Shown here: positions 1-8,989 of the stretch, piece by piece
Numbering within the stretch: position 1 is the stretch's first letter
Layout of the letters: each line of letters opens with the position of its first letter
NCBI GenBank assembly: GCA_964510805.1
Contig: CAZEDG010000005.1
Span: 1-44,979, forward strand
Source of the DNA: an uncultured Candidatus Saccharibacteria bacterium
Lineage (GTDB): Bacteria; Patescibacteriota; Minisyncoccia; Phycocordibacterales; UBA5272
DNA: 44,979 bases
Reading direction: 5' to 3'
Program-made: the position numbers and the translations under genes
The notes under the pieces: generated by a model
Databases searched by the model: none
What the model saw: only the letters and a program-made list of their open reading frames with translations
Told to the model about the DNA's origin: nothing

Positions 1-26
1 CTAACGTCTATACTCTATCTATATCT

Positions 27-665
27 CTGTCAGTTATTAAACACAGCGATCAGCGTGCCGCAATTTTTATCGATACACAGACTCTCTATTACAGTGCAAT
101 ACATCTTTATAATACAAAAGTTAACTTCGGTGCTGTTATGGAAACCGCGCTTTCTAAGCGCAAACTTATCCGTTCGATTGCCTATGTAATCACCACAGAA
201 GCAGGAGATGAGACTCAATTCTTCGAAGCGCTCACCAAACTTGGAATAGAAACAAAGACAAAAGATCTTCAAATCTTTTACGGTGGCGCAAAGAAAGCAG
301 ACTGGGATGTCGGTCTTGCAGTTGATGCTATTCGTCTTGCGCCAAAAGTCGACACAATTGTCCTTGCAACAGGGGACGGTGATTTCGTACCTCTTGTTAC
401 TTTTCTCAAAGAACACTTCGGTGTTCAGGTTGAAGTGATTTCCTTCGGACGATCTTCTTCTTCTAAATTACGAGAAGCATGTGAGGACTTTATTGATATG
501 TGTGATCACCCTGAGAAGTTTCTCATGGGGTACCGCATTCGCAAAAGCCCAAAACGTTCACCAAGAAGAGTGGTGAAGCAAGCACCGAAGAAAGAACTCA
601 GTGACGAGGACTACGGCATCTTCGGCGGAGACGCTCCTGTGCTACAAGAACCAGAATCAAACTAA
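27..665 (+). CDS. NYN domain (LabA/DUF88-like, PIN-fold) protein; probable CTG start at 27 (track start ATG 138)
   Basis: DWDVGLAVDAI and IVLATGDGDFVPLV motifs. The frame is open upstream of 138 and reads SVIKHSDQRAAIFIDTQTLYY, the expected N-terminal IFID strand of NYN domains. Confidence 0.85.
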   Translation: MSVIKHSDQRAAIFIDTQTLYYSAIHLYNTKVNFGAVMETALSKRKLIRSIAYVITTEAGDETQFFEALTKLGIETKTKDLQIFYGGAKKADWDVGLAVDAIRLAPKVDTIVLATGDGDFVPLVTFLKEHFGVQVEVISFGRSSSSKLREACEDFIDMCDHPEKFLMGYRIRKSPKRSPRRVVKQAPKKELSDEDYGIFGGDAPVLQEPESN

Positions 666-716
666 ACCCAAACAATACTAGTCCAAGGTCTCACATCTAC
701 CTCCGTCCACTTAGAG

Positions 717-1652
717 ATGGTCTTTTCTTCTGATACACTAAGGAAAAGTATGTTACCTAAGATAGATACATTTGAAGCGGATATCGCAAGTGAAATCAAG
801 CGCAAAGAAGCAAGCTTCGCTCAAGTTCAGGCTTCCATGCCAAGCGGACCAGGCAGTAGAGATGACGATAAGAGCGTTGTGCTTCCAAAGAGAACTCCTC
901 TGTTTTTTATTGGACTTGTTGTATTCGCAGTAATTACCGTGATTGCAGTTGGTGTACTTATCCATCTTCTTGTAACAAGCTCAACTGCACCTCAACAAAT
1001 TACAGAGACACCACAAACAGTCAAAACACAACAAGAGCCGAGCACACTCACTGCGCTCTCGCCAACACTTTCATACCAAATAGGACGATATGTAGGCTCT
1101 GTAGAAAAAAAAGAAGTAGGATATATTATCACTCTAAAAGAGTATTCTCCTGTCTTTGCATACGTAACTCGTAATGAAGGTGATTACATCGAAGATCTTG
1201 CGAATCTTTTTGGAGATATACAGCCATCCGCAACTACAACAAAAAAAGAAGCCTCACAACAACCTGAATCAACTTCAAGCACTTCTCTTCCACAAACAGC
1301 AACCATAGCTACCATCGCTTCTTCTACAGGGTCTACTGCAACAGGAACTCAAGCAACAAGTACAAAAAAACTAGCACAAAAAACCACAAAAACTGCAACC
1401 ACAACAAAGCAAAAAACCCAAGAAGCAACTACCACAGAACCTTCTCTTCCTTTGCCTCCTCCTGTTGCATTACCAAGAGTAACCACAGAATTCATCACTC
1501 CTTTTTCTGATCTTACTATCTCCAATCAGAACATGCGCGTCTACACAAAAGACACTAAAAAAGTAATCTACGCTTTTGTAGGAACAAAATATCTTCTTAT
1601 CGCCCAAACACCAGAAGCAATTCTTTCACTAAGAAGTGGTATACTCAAGTAA
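717..1652 (+). CDS. Hypothetical single-pass membrane protein with Thr/Ser/Gln-rich linker
   Basis: 311-aa ORF with one hydrophobic helix (LFFIGLVVFAVITVIAVGVLIHLLV) and a low-complexity T/S/Q stretch. Its stop overlaps the next ATG (TAATG). Start could be 750. Confidence 0.75.
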   Translation: MVFSSDTLRKSMLPKIDTFEADIASEIKRKEASFAQVQASMPSGPGSRDDDKSVVLPKRTPLFFIGLVVFAVITVIAVGVLIHLLVTSSTAPQQITETPQTVKTQQEPSTLTALSPTLSYQIGRYVGSVEKKEVGYIITLKEYSPVFAYVTRNEGDYIEDLANLFGDIQPSATTTKKEASQQPESTSSTSLPQTATIATIASSTGSTATGTQATSTKKLAQKTTKTATTTKQKTQEATTTEPSLPLPPPVALPRVTTEFITPFSDLTISNQNMRVYTKDTKKVIYAFVGTKYLLIAQTPEAILSLRSGILK

Positions 1653-3208
1653 TGAGCGTAGCATCGACTGTCAGTGCGCACATCATGGGCCTCTTTGTAG
1701 AAAAAGTGGTTATTGATGTCGATGTTGGTAAAGGAATATATTCCTTTTCTATTGTTGGTCTTCCAGATAAAGCGATTGATGAGAGTAAAGATCGTATTAT
1801 TGCGTCACTCAAAAATAGCGGTATAAAAACTCCAAAAACTGAGAACCATAAAGTGATCGTCTCGCTACATCCAGCAGGGTCCAAAAAAGAAGGGTCACAC
1901 TTCGACGTGCCAATCGCGCTTGCATATCTTACTGCTTCAAAACAAATTACTATACCAAAAGACGCTGGATGGTTCTTAGGCGAACTCTCACTCACCGGGG
2001 AAATACTTCCCATGAAAGGGGTTCTTCTTGTCGCCGAATTCGCAAAAAAACAAGGTGCGAAGGCACTTTTTGTACCAGAAGAAAATAAAGAAGAGGCAGG
2101 ACTTATCGAAGGTCTCACAGTGTATGGTTGCAAAAATCTCATAGACATCGTCAACCACTTTGGAGGACTTCGTGAGGTACCGATCGTTGCAAAACCAATA
2201 GAAAAAACTAAGAAGACACAAATCGTCTACGAACGACCTCCTTCACTTCTTGATTTTAAAGACATACGAGGACAGCGTTCTGCGAAGCGTGCACTTGAGA
2301 TCGCAGCTTGTGGAGGTCACAACATAGCACTCTACGGACCACCAGGAACAGGAAAGACGATGCTCGCAAAGGCTTTTACTGGAATACTTCCACCACTTAC
2401 CGAAGAAGAATCACTTGATGTGACACGTATTCACTCTCTTAGCGGAACAATGGTACAAGTAATCACTCACCCTGTACTACGTAGCCCTCACCACACCTCA
2501 TCTCATGTTGCACTTGTAGGTGGTGGCTCGAACCCAAAAGCAGGCGAAGTAACTCTTGCTCATCATGGGGTGCTTTTCTTAGATGAGTTTCCAGAATTCG
2601 ACAAGCGAGTCATAGAATCTCTTCGTGAACCACTTGAAGAGGGGCACATTACCGTCTCTCGCGCAAAGGGGTCTTTTTCTTTTCCTGCTTCTTTTACCTT
2701 AATCGCTTCAATGAACCCTTGCCCATGTGGCTACATGGGAAGCAAGCTCAAACGCTGTGTATGTAAGCCGTCAGATATCGATCGCTACGCACGCAAATTA
2801 TCAGGACCTATTATGGATCGTATTGATATGTGGGTACCGGTACTTCATGTTGATTACGACACCTTGTCCGAAAAAGAAGAAGGGGAGAGTAGTGAACAAG
2901 TAGCCAAAAGAGTGCTCGAAGCAAGAGAGTTCTCAAGAAAAAGATTTAGAGATGAAGGTAATGCCGTACTCACAAAGAATAAAGATATGAGAGCAAAAGA
3001 TCTAGAGAAGCATACCAATTGTGACGAAAAAGCGCTTCTCCTTATGAAAAAACTTGCAACATCCTATGCGCTTTCTCCTCGTGCATATCATCGAGTACTA
3101 CGTCTCGCGAGAACGATTGCTGACTATAGAAAAAGTGTCACGATAGGAGAAGCAGACATATTGGAAGCATTTCAGTACAGACCAAAGATTTATCAAGATA
3201 GAGTGTAA
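1652..3208 (+). CDS. comM: YifB/ComM Mg-chelatase-like AAA+ ATPase
   Basis: IVGLPDKAIDESKDR Lon-like N-domain, GSHFDVPIA, Walker A GPPGTGKT, LAHHGVLFLDEFPEF, MNPCPCG Zn motif, LSPRAYHRVLRLARTIAD. Confidence 0.95.
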   Translation: MSVASTVSAHIMGLFVEKVVIDVDVGKGIYSFSIVGLPDKAIDESKDRIIASLKNSGIKTPKTENHKVIVSLHPAGSKKEGSHFDVPIALAYLTASKQITIPKDAGWFLGELSLTGEILPMKGVLLVAEFAKKQGAKALFVPEENKEEAGLIEGLTVYGCKNLIDIVNHFGGLREVPIVAKPIEKTKKTQIVYERPPSLLDFKDIRGQRSAKRALEIAACGGHNIALYGPPGTGKTMLAKAFTGILPPLTEEESLDVTRIHSLSGTMVQVITHPVLRSPHHTSSHVALVGGGSNPKAGEVTLAHHGVLFLDEFPEFDKRVIESLREPLEEGHITVSRAKGSFSFPASFTLIASMNPCPCGYMGSKLKRCVCKPSDIDRYARKLSGPIMDRIDMWVPVLHVDYDTLSEKEEGESSEQVAKRVLEAREFSRKRFRDEGNAVLTKNKDMRAKDLEKHTNCDEKALLLMKKLATSYALSPRAYHRVLRLARTIADYRKSVTIGEADILEAFQYRPKIYQDRV

Positions 3209-3457
3209 ACAGTATGAAGAGTGAGGAGCGTAGACGGAGATGCAAAAACTAGATTTTAGACGTTAGACTTTAGATATTAGAAAATACAGACAACACAAAA
3301 TACAAGAGCGACACCTTCGGTGTCGCTCTTGTGTTCCTTTGTTTTGTCTATGTTCTGTAAGCGAAGCAATCTGTGCTCTAGCGTCTACACTGTCTAATAT
3401 CTAACGTCTAAGACCTAGTTTTAAACTTCATTCCTCATTCTTCACTCCTCTTTCTAT
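3209..3457. repeat. Intergenic mosaic element, copy A1 (palindrome 3302-3332)
   Basis: ACAAGAGCGACACC-TTC-GGTGTCGCTCTTGT, a 14-bp perfect stem. Flanked by TAGANNT heptamers on the left and their complements on the right, with GCGAAGC at 3361. Lies between convergent genes. Confidence 0.9.
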
Positions 3458-4579
3458 TTAGAATGGATTCTTTGCACCACGCACTTCGAAGTGAAGATGA
3501 GGGCCTGTTGATCTTCCTGTGTTACCAACTTCACCAATCTGCTCACCTTGTGAGACGCTTTGACCTGATGACACATATACTGCACGAAGGTGTGCATAAA
3601 CAGTCTGCACTCCATTATCATGAGTGATAATTACCATGTTTCCGTATCCTCCATTGTATCCTCCTGTTTTTGCAACAATCACCTTTCCTGTTGCAGAAGC
3701 TAGTACAGGAGTTCCTGGTGTTGCACCAATATCGATACCATTATGACCATGAATTCCTTGCGTCTTGCGACCACCAATAACAGGACGAGTAAAGAATCCG
3801 CTTGGTGTTGTGTAACTATAAAAATCAAGAATCTTAGACTTCTTAGTCTTAGAAGCAAGGGTTTTCTTCTTAGGAGTTTCTGTTACTGCAATTTCACCAT
3901 CTGGCACAATTACCACATCACCAGAAGCAAGCTTAGATTCTTCGGTGAGCCCGTTATAACTAGCTATATCATCCTTGTCTGCTCCATACTTACGAGCAAT
4001 GGATGCGAGGGTATCGCCTTGTTTTACGGTGTGCTTAATTCCTGTGATAGGGAGGATAATGAGTGTATCTCCTTTTGTGATTGTTCTAGAAGAAAGATTG
4101 TTTGCCCACATAATAGTATTCACAGAAACACCAAAAAGCTTTGCAACATCTTGTATTGTGTCGCCCTTTTTTACTTCATACACACTAATTGTGTCGGTGG
4201 TAGGGAAGTCGACATCTTCGGTTGAGACACGGAGAGATCCAGACACCGCCTGAAGTGCTTCTTGGTTAAGGTCAACCTCATTATCTGTTGTGGTGCCGTC
4301 AACAATTGTTGGCTTGAAGATCGACATAGTCTGAGAAGTAAGAGGGGCCGGTTCTTCTTGTGCTTCTGCTTCTTCTATAAAAAGAGTCTTGAATTTATTG
4401 GCAAAAGTAGAAAAAACTGACGCATGAGCATACACAGGAAATGTGACGCTAAGTGCACAAGCAATGAGAAGAAACGTATGTGACGTAATCTGGTTACGTT
4501 TTTTTTGAGCTACTATAATAGTTGTTATAGATGAAGGTAAAGATAAAAATGTATCTTTAGAGACAATAATTGTATTCAA
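3458..4579 (-). CDS. LysM-LysM-M23 metallopeptidase (peptidoglycan hydrolase/activator family); start uncertain (TTG)
   Basis: Two LysM repeats (YEVKKGDTIQDVAKLFGVS, HTVKQGDTLASIARKYG). M23 motifs HNGIDIG, YAHL and HLHFE. Signal-like segment ending VYAHA. Confidence 0.92.
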   Translation of the reverse strand: MNTIIVSKDTFLSLPSSITTIIVAQKKRNQITSHTFLLIACALSVTFPVYAHASVFSTFANKFKTLFIEEAEAQEEPAPLTSQTMSIFKPTIVDGTTTDNEVDLNQEALQAVSGSLRVSTEDVDFPTTDTISVYEVKKGDTIQDVAKLFGVSVNTIMWANNLSSRTITKGDTLIILPITGIKHTVKQGDTLASIARKYGADKDDIASYNGLTEESKLASGDVVIVPDGEIAVTETPKKKTLASKTKKSKILDFYSYTTPSGFFTRPVIGGRKTQGIHGHNGIDIGATPGTPVLASATGKVIVAKTGGYNGGYGNMVIITHDNGVQTVYAHLRAVYVSSGQSVSQGEQIGEVGNTGRSTGPHLHFEVRGAKNPF

Positions 4580-4719
4580 AAATTGTCAAGAATTTTCTCC
4601 CAAAAGGAGTGCACTTATAAGTATACCAGAGCGGAAGAATCATTCAAGAATAGACAAGTGCAAAATATGTGGAGAAGTATCATAAAAGTCTTACAAAATA
4701 AAGTATACTAAGAATATCT

Positions 4720-7700
4720 ATGAGTGGAGGAAGACCTACTAATACCAACCTTAACGACGGATCGACGAATCCGTTTTTGGCGAGGCTTAGAGCGGGAGCG
4801 CAGGAAGATGAGATTTCTACAAAAGATCCTAATCTCTTAATTTCTCAGACTTCCGAAGATGATCTTTCTGATCCGTATCGTCTTAGTCCAGAAATGGGTA
4901 CAGAAAATGAAATTAAGAGGCATAATCCAGAAGCTAGACCAATAGCTGACACTGTCCCAAAAACTGCTTTTGTGGTGAGGCACAAAAAAGACAACGAACC
5001 ATCTGCCGGCACCTTCCATTCAAATGTTCAAGAAACTAACCCAGAGACAAGCGCCGAAACTGTTCTTAAGGGGAGATTTGCTGATGTTAACTCTGATCCT
5101 GATTTTTCTCTAAACGATGAAGCAATACACGGAACCCCTTCAGGCCTAAAGTCTAAGCTCAGTAGAGTTGGAGGGGAACTAAAACCGAAAACACAACTAG
5201 ATGAAAGAACAAAAAGGCTACTTAAGATTGCTGAAGCTGCTCTTGCCTCCGGACTTGATTTAGATGAAGAAGGCAATCTTGTAGGAGATATTCCTCTAAC
5301 TCCTGAAGAAATACTTGATCAAAGAAGAAAAGAAAGAGAACCTTTACTTGCAAGACTTCATGAAGTACGGGCAAGATTCGTAGAAAAAGAAAAACAAATT
5401 AAGAACAATAATCTTACTATATCTGATTTTGGCGCTCTTAAAAATCTTTTATTTATAATTGAAGGAATGCTTTCTGATGCGGAGCTTGAGAATTTTCAAG
5501 ATCAAGAAAAAACTATTCAAGACGGTTTAGACAACGTAGAAAAAGGGATAGACTACCTAGAAAAACAAATCGAGGAAGGACTAAAAAAATCTACTCGAAT
5601 CCTAGAGCGACAAGAATCAAGAACAAAATACGCAGAACTTACCGGAAGCTACACTGCGTTTCAGAGAGGGCCATTCTACAAAGATCTTAATGACGCACAG
5701 AAGCAACAACTCTCTGCGGAGTTCTACGAACTTGATTGGCTTAAGACATCGCCTGGGGAACACATAGATCTTTCGGTTGATGATATTAACCAAAAGCTAG
5801 AAGCACTCGAAAAACTTCTCACCGAATCAGAAGAGGTAATCACAAAGATAGCAGAGCAAAATGAAGATAAGCTTCGTATCGAGGAGAACATCAGAAGACA
5901 GGGGACGCTTCTTTTGGGGACTTTTGTTCACCTCAAAGAAGATGTCGAGAGGGTAAAAGCAACACTAACCGAAAACATACCTCTTGTAGCAGTGCTCGAC
6001 GTCTTAGCAGACGAAATCGAAGATCTTGATAGAAAGATTCTAGACAAACCAACAACAGGTGACTTAGAAGACCTACAAAAAAAGGTCGGGGAGTACAAAG
6101 ATAAAGTCAAAGAATTTAACCTTGAAGTTGAAAAATTAGAAAAAGCATCTGCCGTTGAGAACTTCGGTACTTGGAGCGATCTCTCAAGAATTCTAAGATA
6201 TATTCCAGGCAAGAATTCAAAAGATCCTAGACAAAAACCAACATCTGGTCGTTGGGTTATCACTATCGAAGACAGAGAAGTTGCTCCAAAAGACCAGAGT
6301 GCTTGGTCAGGAGTTGATACCGACTTCAAAAGAATATGGAAGAGATACGAAGATCTTTTCTCAGGAGCAAAAGCAACGGACAAGGCTACCCGCTTCAAGG
6401 ATATTATACAAGATAAAAATCTTATCTTGCGCGCAGTCCTTGATCAAGATGCAACACTTGCACTCACCTTAATCAAGACCATTGCACCTAAGATCGATGA
6501 GGCTTTTGTTACTTGGGAAAAAGAGCAAAATCAACTAGCAGAAGCGAAGGAAAGTATTGCAAAACAAGAAGCTGAAACAAAAGCAAAAATAGAGCAACAA
6601 GAAGTGCTTACAAAAAAACTAGATCTGTTACTTAAGGCTTTTGATGAACTTGAGAATGGGTATCGTGACTTTTCTACAGCTCCCAACAAAAGTACTCTTG
6701 AGTTTGAACACATCAACAGACTCTTAAAATCATTAAGAACGAAGAGGGAAGAACTAGAAGCAGAGAAAGGAAAAGATATAAAAGAGAGAGACTTAAAAGA
6801 AGAAGTTCTGTTGAAGTTTTTTCAAGATATCTCTTCGTGTAGAGAGGAAGTGGCAAGAATTCTTAGCAAGTCAGAGACTTTACGACCTTCTTTAGTTGGA
6901 AAAGTTGGCAAAAGACTCCTTCGCAAAGGGGGTGGTTCTATCGAGATCACAGAAGACACGCTTGCCAGCCTTGCAAGCGGTATCCCTGCCGAAGGCATGC
7001 AAGACAACCCTCTTAGCCCAGAAGGGTTCTTTGATGAGTTGGACAGAATATCAGAAATACATGAGACAGATATACGAGATGTACAATTTGACACCTTAAG
7101 AGAATCATTAGAGAACAACCTCGATAATGAGGAAAACTATGCAACACAAAACCTTGCAAATGAAAGCGACCTTCACAAAGCACAAATACGTATAAGATTC
7201 AAAGAAGCATGCGAGCAAGAACTTTACGGAAAAACCATGTTTTACGATACAAAAAACAGAAACTTTGATTCCTCTATCTTTGAAGAAACTAAGAACGCTC
7301 GAAATGAATTTCTTTCGATGTATGCAACTAAGTTTTTAACTAATTTATTAGTAGAAGAAACTAAAGATATCGTTGAGCATGTCTTTGCTAAACACAGACT
7401 TATTCTTAAGCTTAGCTACATAGAGCTAGCCAAGAAAAAACTTACAAAAATCGATGAACTTGAAAAAATAGCAAATAAAGAGAGCAAAGAGGCGCAAGAA
7501 GTCCAAGCAAGTATAGACACAACCACAGGACTTCTTACACTTATCGTAAGTGAACTTAACTTGCTTAATCTTAATGATAAAAAAAGAAAAGATTCTGTTT
7601 ACAAAGAATTCAATAAAAAAACTGAATCAGAAGCTCCACAAACCTACTCACCAGCAAATGACCCTTCTGTAAAACGTCCAAAGAAATCTGGACCAGTTTT

Positions 7701-8532
7701 TGGACGCTTGTTCAATTCAGATCCAAAAGAAACTGAATTTGCAAGAAAAGAAATGGCTCAAGCTATACCTCATGCAGTAGATAACCTTAAAGCGTACAAT
7801 GACTACGCCCAAGGAAGAGGTGACGGTAAAGATATTGCTTTGCCAATAAGAAAAGACCAAGAAGCTGGTATTAATGTTGAGGTTGTACTACCAAAGATAG
7901 ACCAAGAAAAGAAAAGAAACAGTGTCCAAAAACTTATCGATACACTTATAGACAAAGCAAGAAGTAGGGGTAACACTGCAAAAAATATTCTTCGCGCACT
8001 CTTTGTTAGCGGGGCAATTGCAGTTGGGAGTGCAGGAGCATCGACCGAGCCAAGTTACGGCAACGCTCCTCGAGCAGTAGCCGAGGCGCCAAAAAATCTT
8101 GGTGATCTTGCTGGCACCTGGAGAAATCTTGTTGAGGATGAATACAAGCCACTTCTTAATGACCTAACAGGTCCAAGTAAGCTTCCTTATGTTCAGCTTA
8201 TGGAAAAGTGTCTTCCTCTTACTCGTGGCAATAATCACGAAGGGAGAATGGGGACTATTTCACTCCTTAAGCCATACGATCTCCTCAATTCCCCTAATCC
8301 GATAGCAGGAATTAATGACGAAGAAAGAAAAGAGCTTTGTAAACTTGTTGAAGGTGAAGAAAAAATTTACAACTGGGCACAAACAGGGATCGATATTACT
8401 AAAGCCTACGCCTTTACACCGCAAACCTTAGAAAGACAAAAGACTATACGCATGCGCTATGATGATCTACTAAAAATTCTTGCACAAGTAGAAGACCTTG
8501 AACACAAAAGAAAGATAGCAAGTAGAACATAA
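4720..8532 (+). CDS. Large acidic, helical/coiled-coil orphan protein with possible C-proximal membrane anchor
   Basis: 1270-aa ORF rich in E/K/L/D heptad-like runs. One hydrophobic stretch, ILRALFVSGAIAVGSAGAS, about 170 aa from the C-terminus. TATACT box 10 nt upstream of the ATG. Confidence 0.8.
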   Translation: MSGGRPTNTNLNDGSTNPFLARLRAGAQEDEISTKDPNLLISQTSEDDLSDPYRLSPEMGTENEIKRHNPEARPIADTVPKTAFVVRHKKDNEPSAGTFHSNVQETNPETSAETVLKGRFADVNSDPDFSLNDEAIHGTPSGLKSKLSRVGGELKPKTQLDERTKRLLKIAEAALASGLDLDEEGNLVGDIPLTPEEILDQRRKEREPLLARLHEVRARFVEKEKQIKNNNLTISDFGALKNLLFIIEGMLSDAELENFQDQEKTIQDGLDNVEKGIDYLEKQIEEGLKKSTRILERQESRTKYAELTGSYTAFQRGPFYKDLNDAQKQQLSAEFYELDWLKTSPGEHIDLSVDDINQKLEALEKLLTESEEVITKIAEQNEDKLRIEENIRRQGTLLLGTFVHLKEDVERVKATLTENIPLVAVLDVLADEIEDLDRKILDKPTTGDLEDLQKKVGEYKDKVKEFNLEVEKLEKASAVENFGTWSDLSRILRYIPGKNSKDPRQKPTSGRWVITIEDREVAPKDQSAWSGVDTDFKRIWKRYEDLFSGAKATDKATRFKDIIQDKNLILRAVLDQDATLALTLIKTIAPKIDEAFVTWEKEQNQLAEAKESIAKQEAETKAKIEQQEVLTKKLDLLLKAFDELENGYRDFSTAPNKSTLEFEHINRLLKSLRTKREELEAEKGKDIKERDLKEEVLLKFFQDISSCREEVARILSKSETLRPSLVGKVGKRLLRKGGGSIEITEDTLASLASGIPAEGMQDNPLSPEGFFDELDRISEIHETDIRDVQFDTLRESLENNLDNEENYATQNLANESDLHKAQIRIRFKEACEQELYGKTMFYDTKNRNFDSSIFEETKNARNEFLSMYATKFLTNLLVEETKDIVEHVFAKHRLILKLSYIELAKKKLTKIDELEKIANKESKEAQEVQASIDTTTGLLTLIVSELNLLNLNDKKRKDSVYKEFNKKTESEAPQTYSPANDPSVKRPKKSGPVFGRLFNSDPKETEFARKEMAQAIPHAVDNLKAYNDYAQGRGDGKDIALPIRKDQEAGINVEVVLPKIDQEKKRNSVQKLIDTLIDKARSRGNTAKNILRALFVSGAIAVGSAGASTEPSYGNAPRAVAEAPKNLGDLAGTWRNLVEDEYKPLLNDLTGPSKLPYVQLMEKCLPLTRGNNHEGRMGTISLLKPYDLLNSPNPIAGINDEERKELCKLVEGEEKIYNWAQTGIDITKAYAFTPQTLERQKTIRMRYDDLLKILAQVEDLEHKRKIASRT

Positions 8533-8547
8533 TACAAAAAAAATCTT

Positions 8548-8835
8548 ATGAACTTCGATCAACTTTATGCACAGCTAGTACAAGACTTCCATCTACAAGA
8601 TCTTCCAGAAGAAGATCGCGATGAGATGCTTGTTGAAGTTGCAAAAACAATACAGAAGCAATTTCTTCTTGATGTATATGACAAGATAGGCGAGACACAG
8701 TTCGATGCACTTCAAGCATCAGCAAACATGGGGGAAGAATTTTATGCAACCACACTTAAGCATGTCGTTCCTGACTATGAGCAACTCTTCCAAGAAGCTC
8801 GCAAGAAGGTGGTGGAAGCGTTCCATAATGGATAG
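8548..8835 (+). CDS. Small helical protein resembling the CPR-enriched DUF5663 family
   Basis: 95 aa. Pattern LQDLPEEDRDEML...IQKQFLLDVYDKI...VPDYEQLFQE recognised by eye. Confidence 0.6.
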   Translation: MNFDQLYAQLVQDFHLQDLPEEDRDEMLVEVAKTIQKQFLLDVYDKIGETQFDALQASANMGEEFYATTLKHVVPDYEQLFQEARKKVVEAFHNG

Positions 8836-8966
8836 ACGTTAGGCGTTAGACTTTAGACTCTAGATAAAAATACAATACAGAGAGCGAGGCCGAAGGCCTC
8901 GCTCTCTGTATTTGGGTGTCTACTATTAACTATTAACTTATCTGTATTTTCTAATATCTAAAGTCT
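8833..8966. repeat. Intergenic mosaic element, copy A2 (palindrome 8874-8912)
   Basis: AATACAGAGAGCGAGGCC-GAA-GGCCTCGCTCTCTGTATT, an 18-bp perfect stem. TAGACGT/TAGACTT heptamers on the left, TTAACTA heptamers on the right. Confidence 0.9.
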
Positions 8967-8989
8967 GCCATATGCTAAACTAAAGCATC

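Noticed and set aside
3302-3332. CCTTCGG read as a cUUCGg RNA tetraloop
   Set aside because: Perfect pairing needs the 3-nt TTC/GAA loop register. The UUCG register breaks the stem after one pair.
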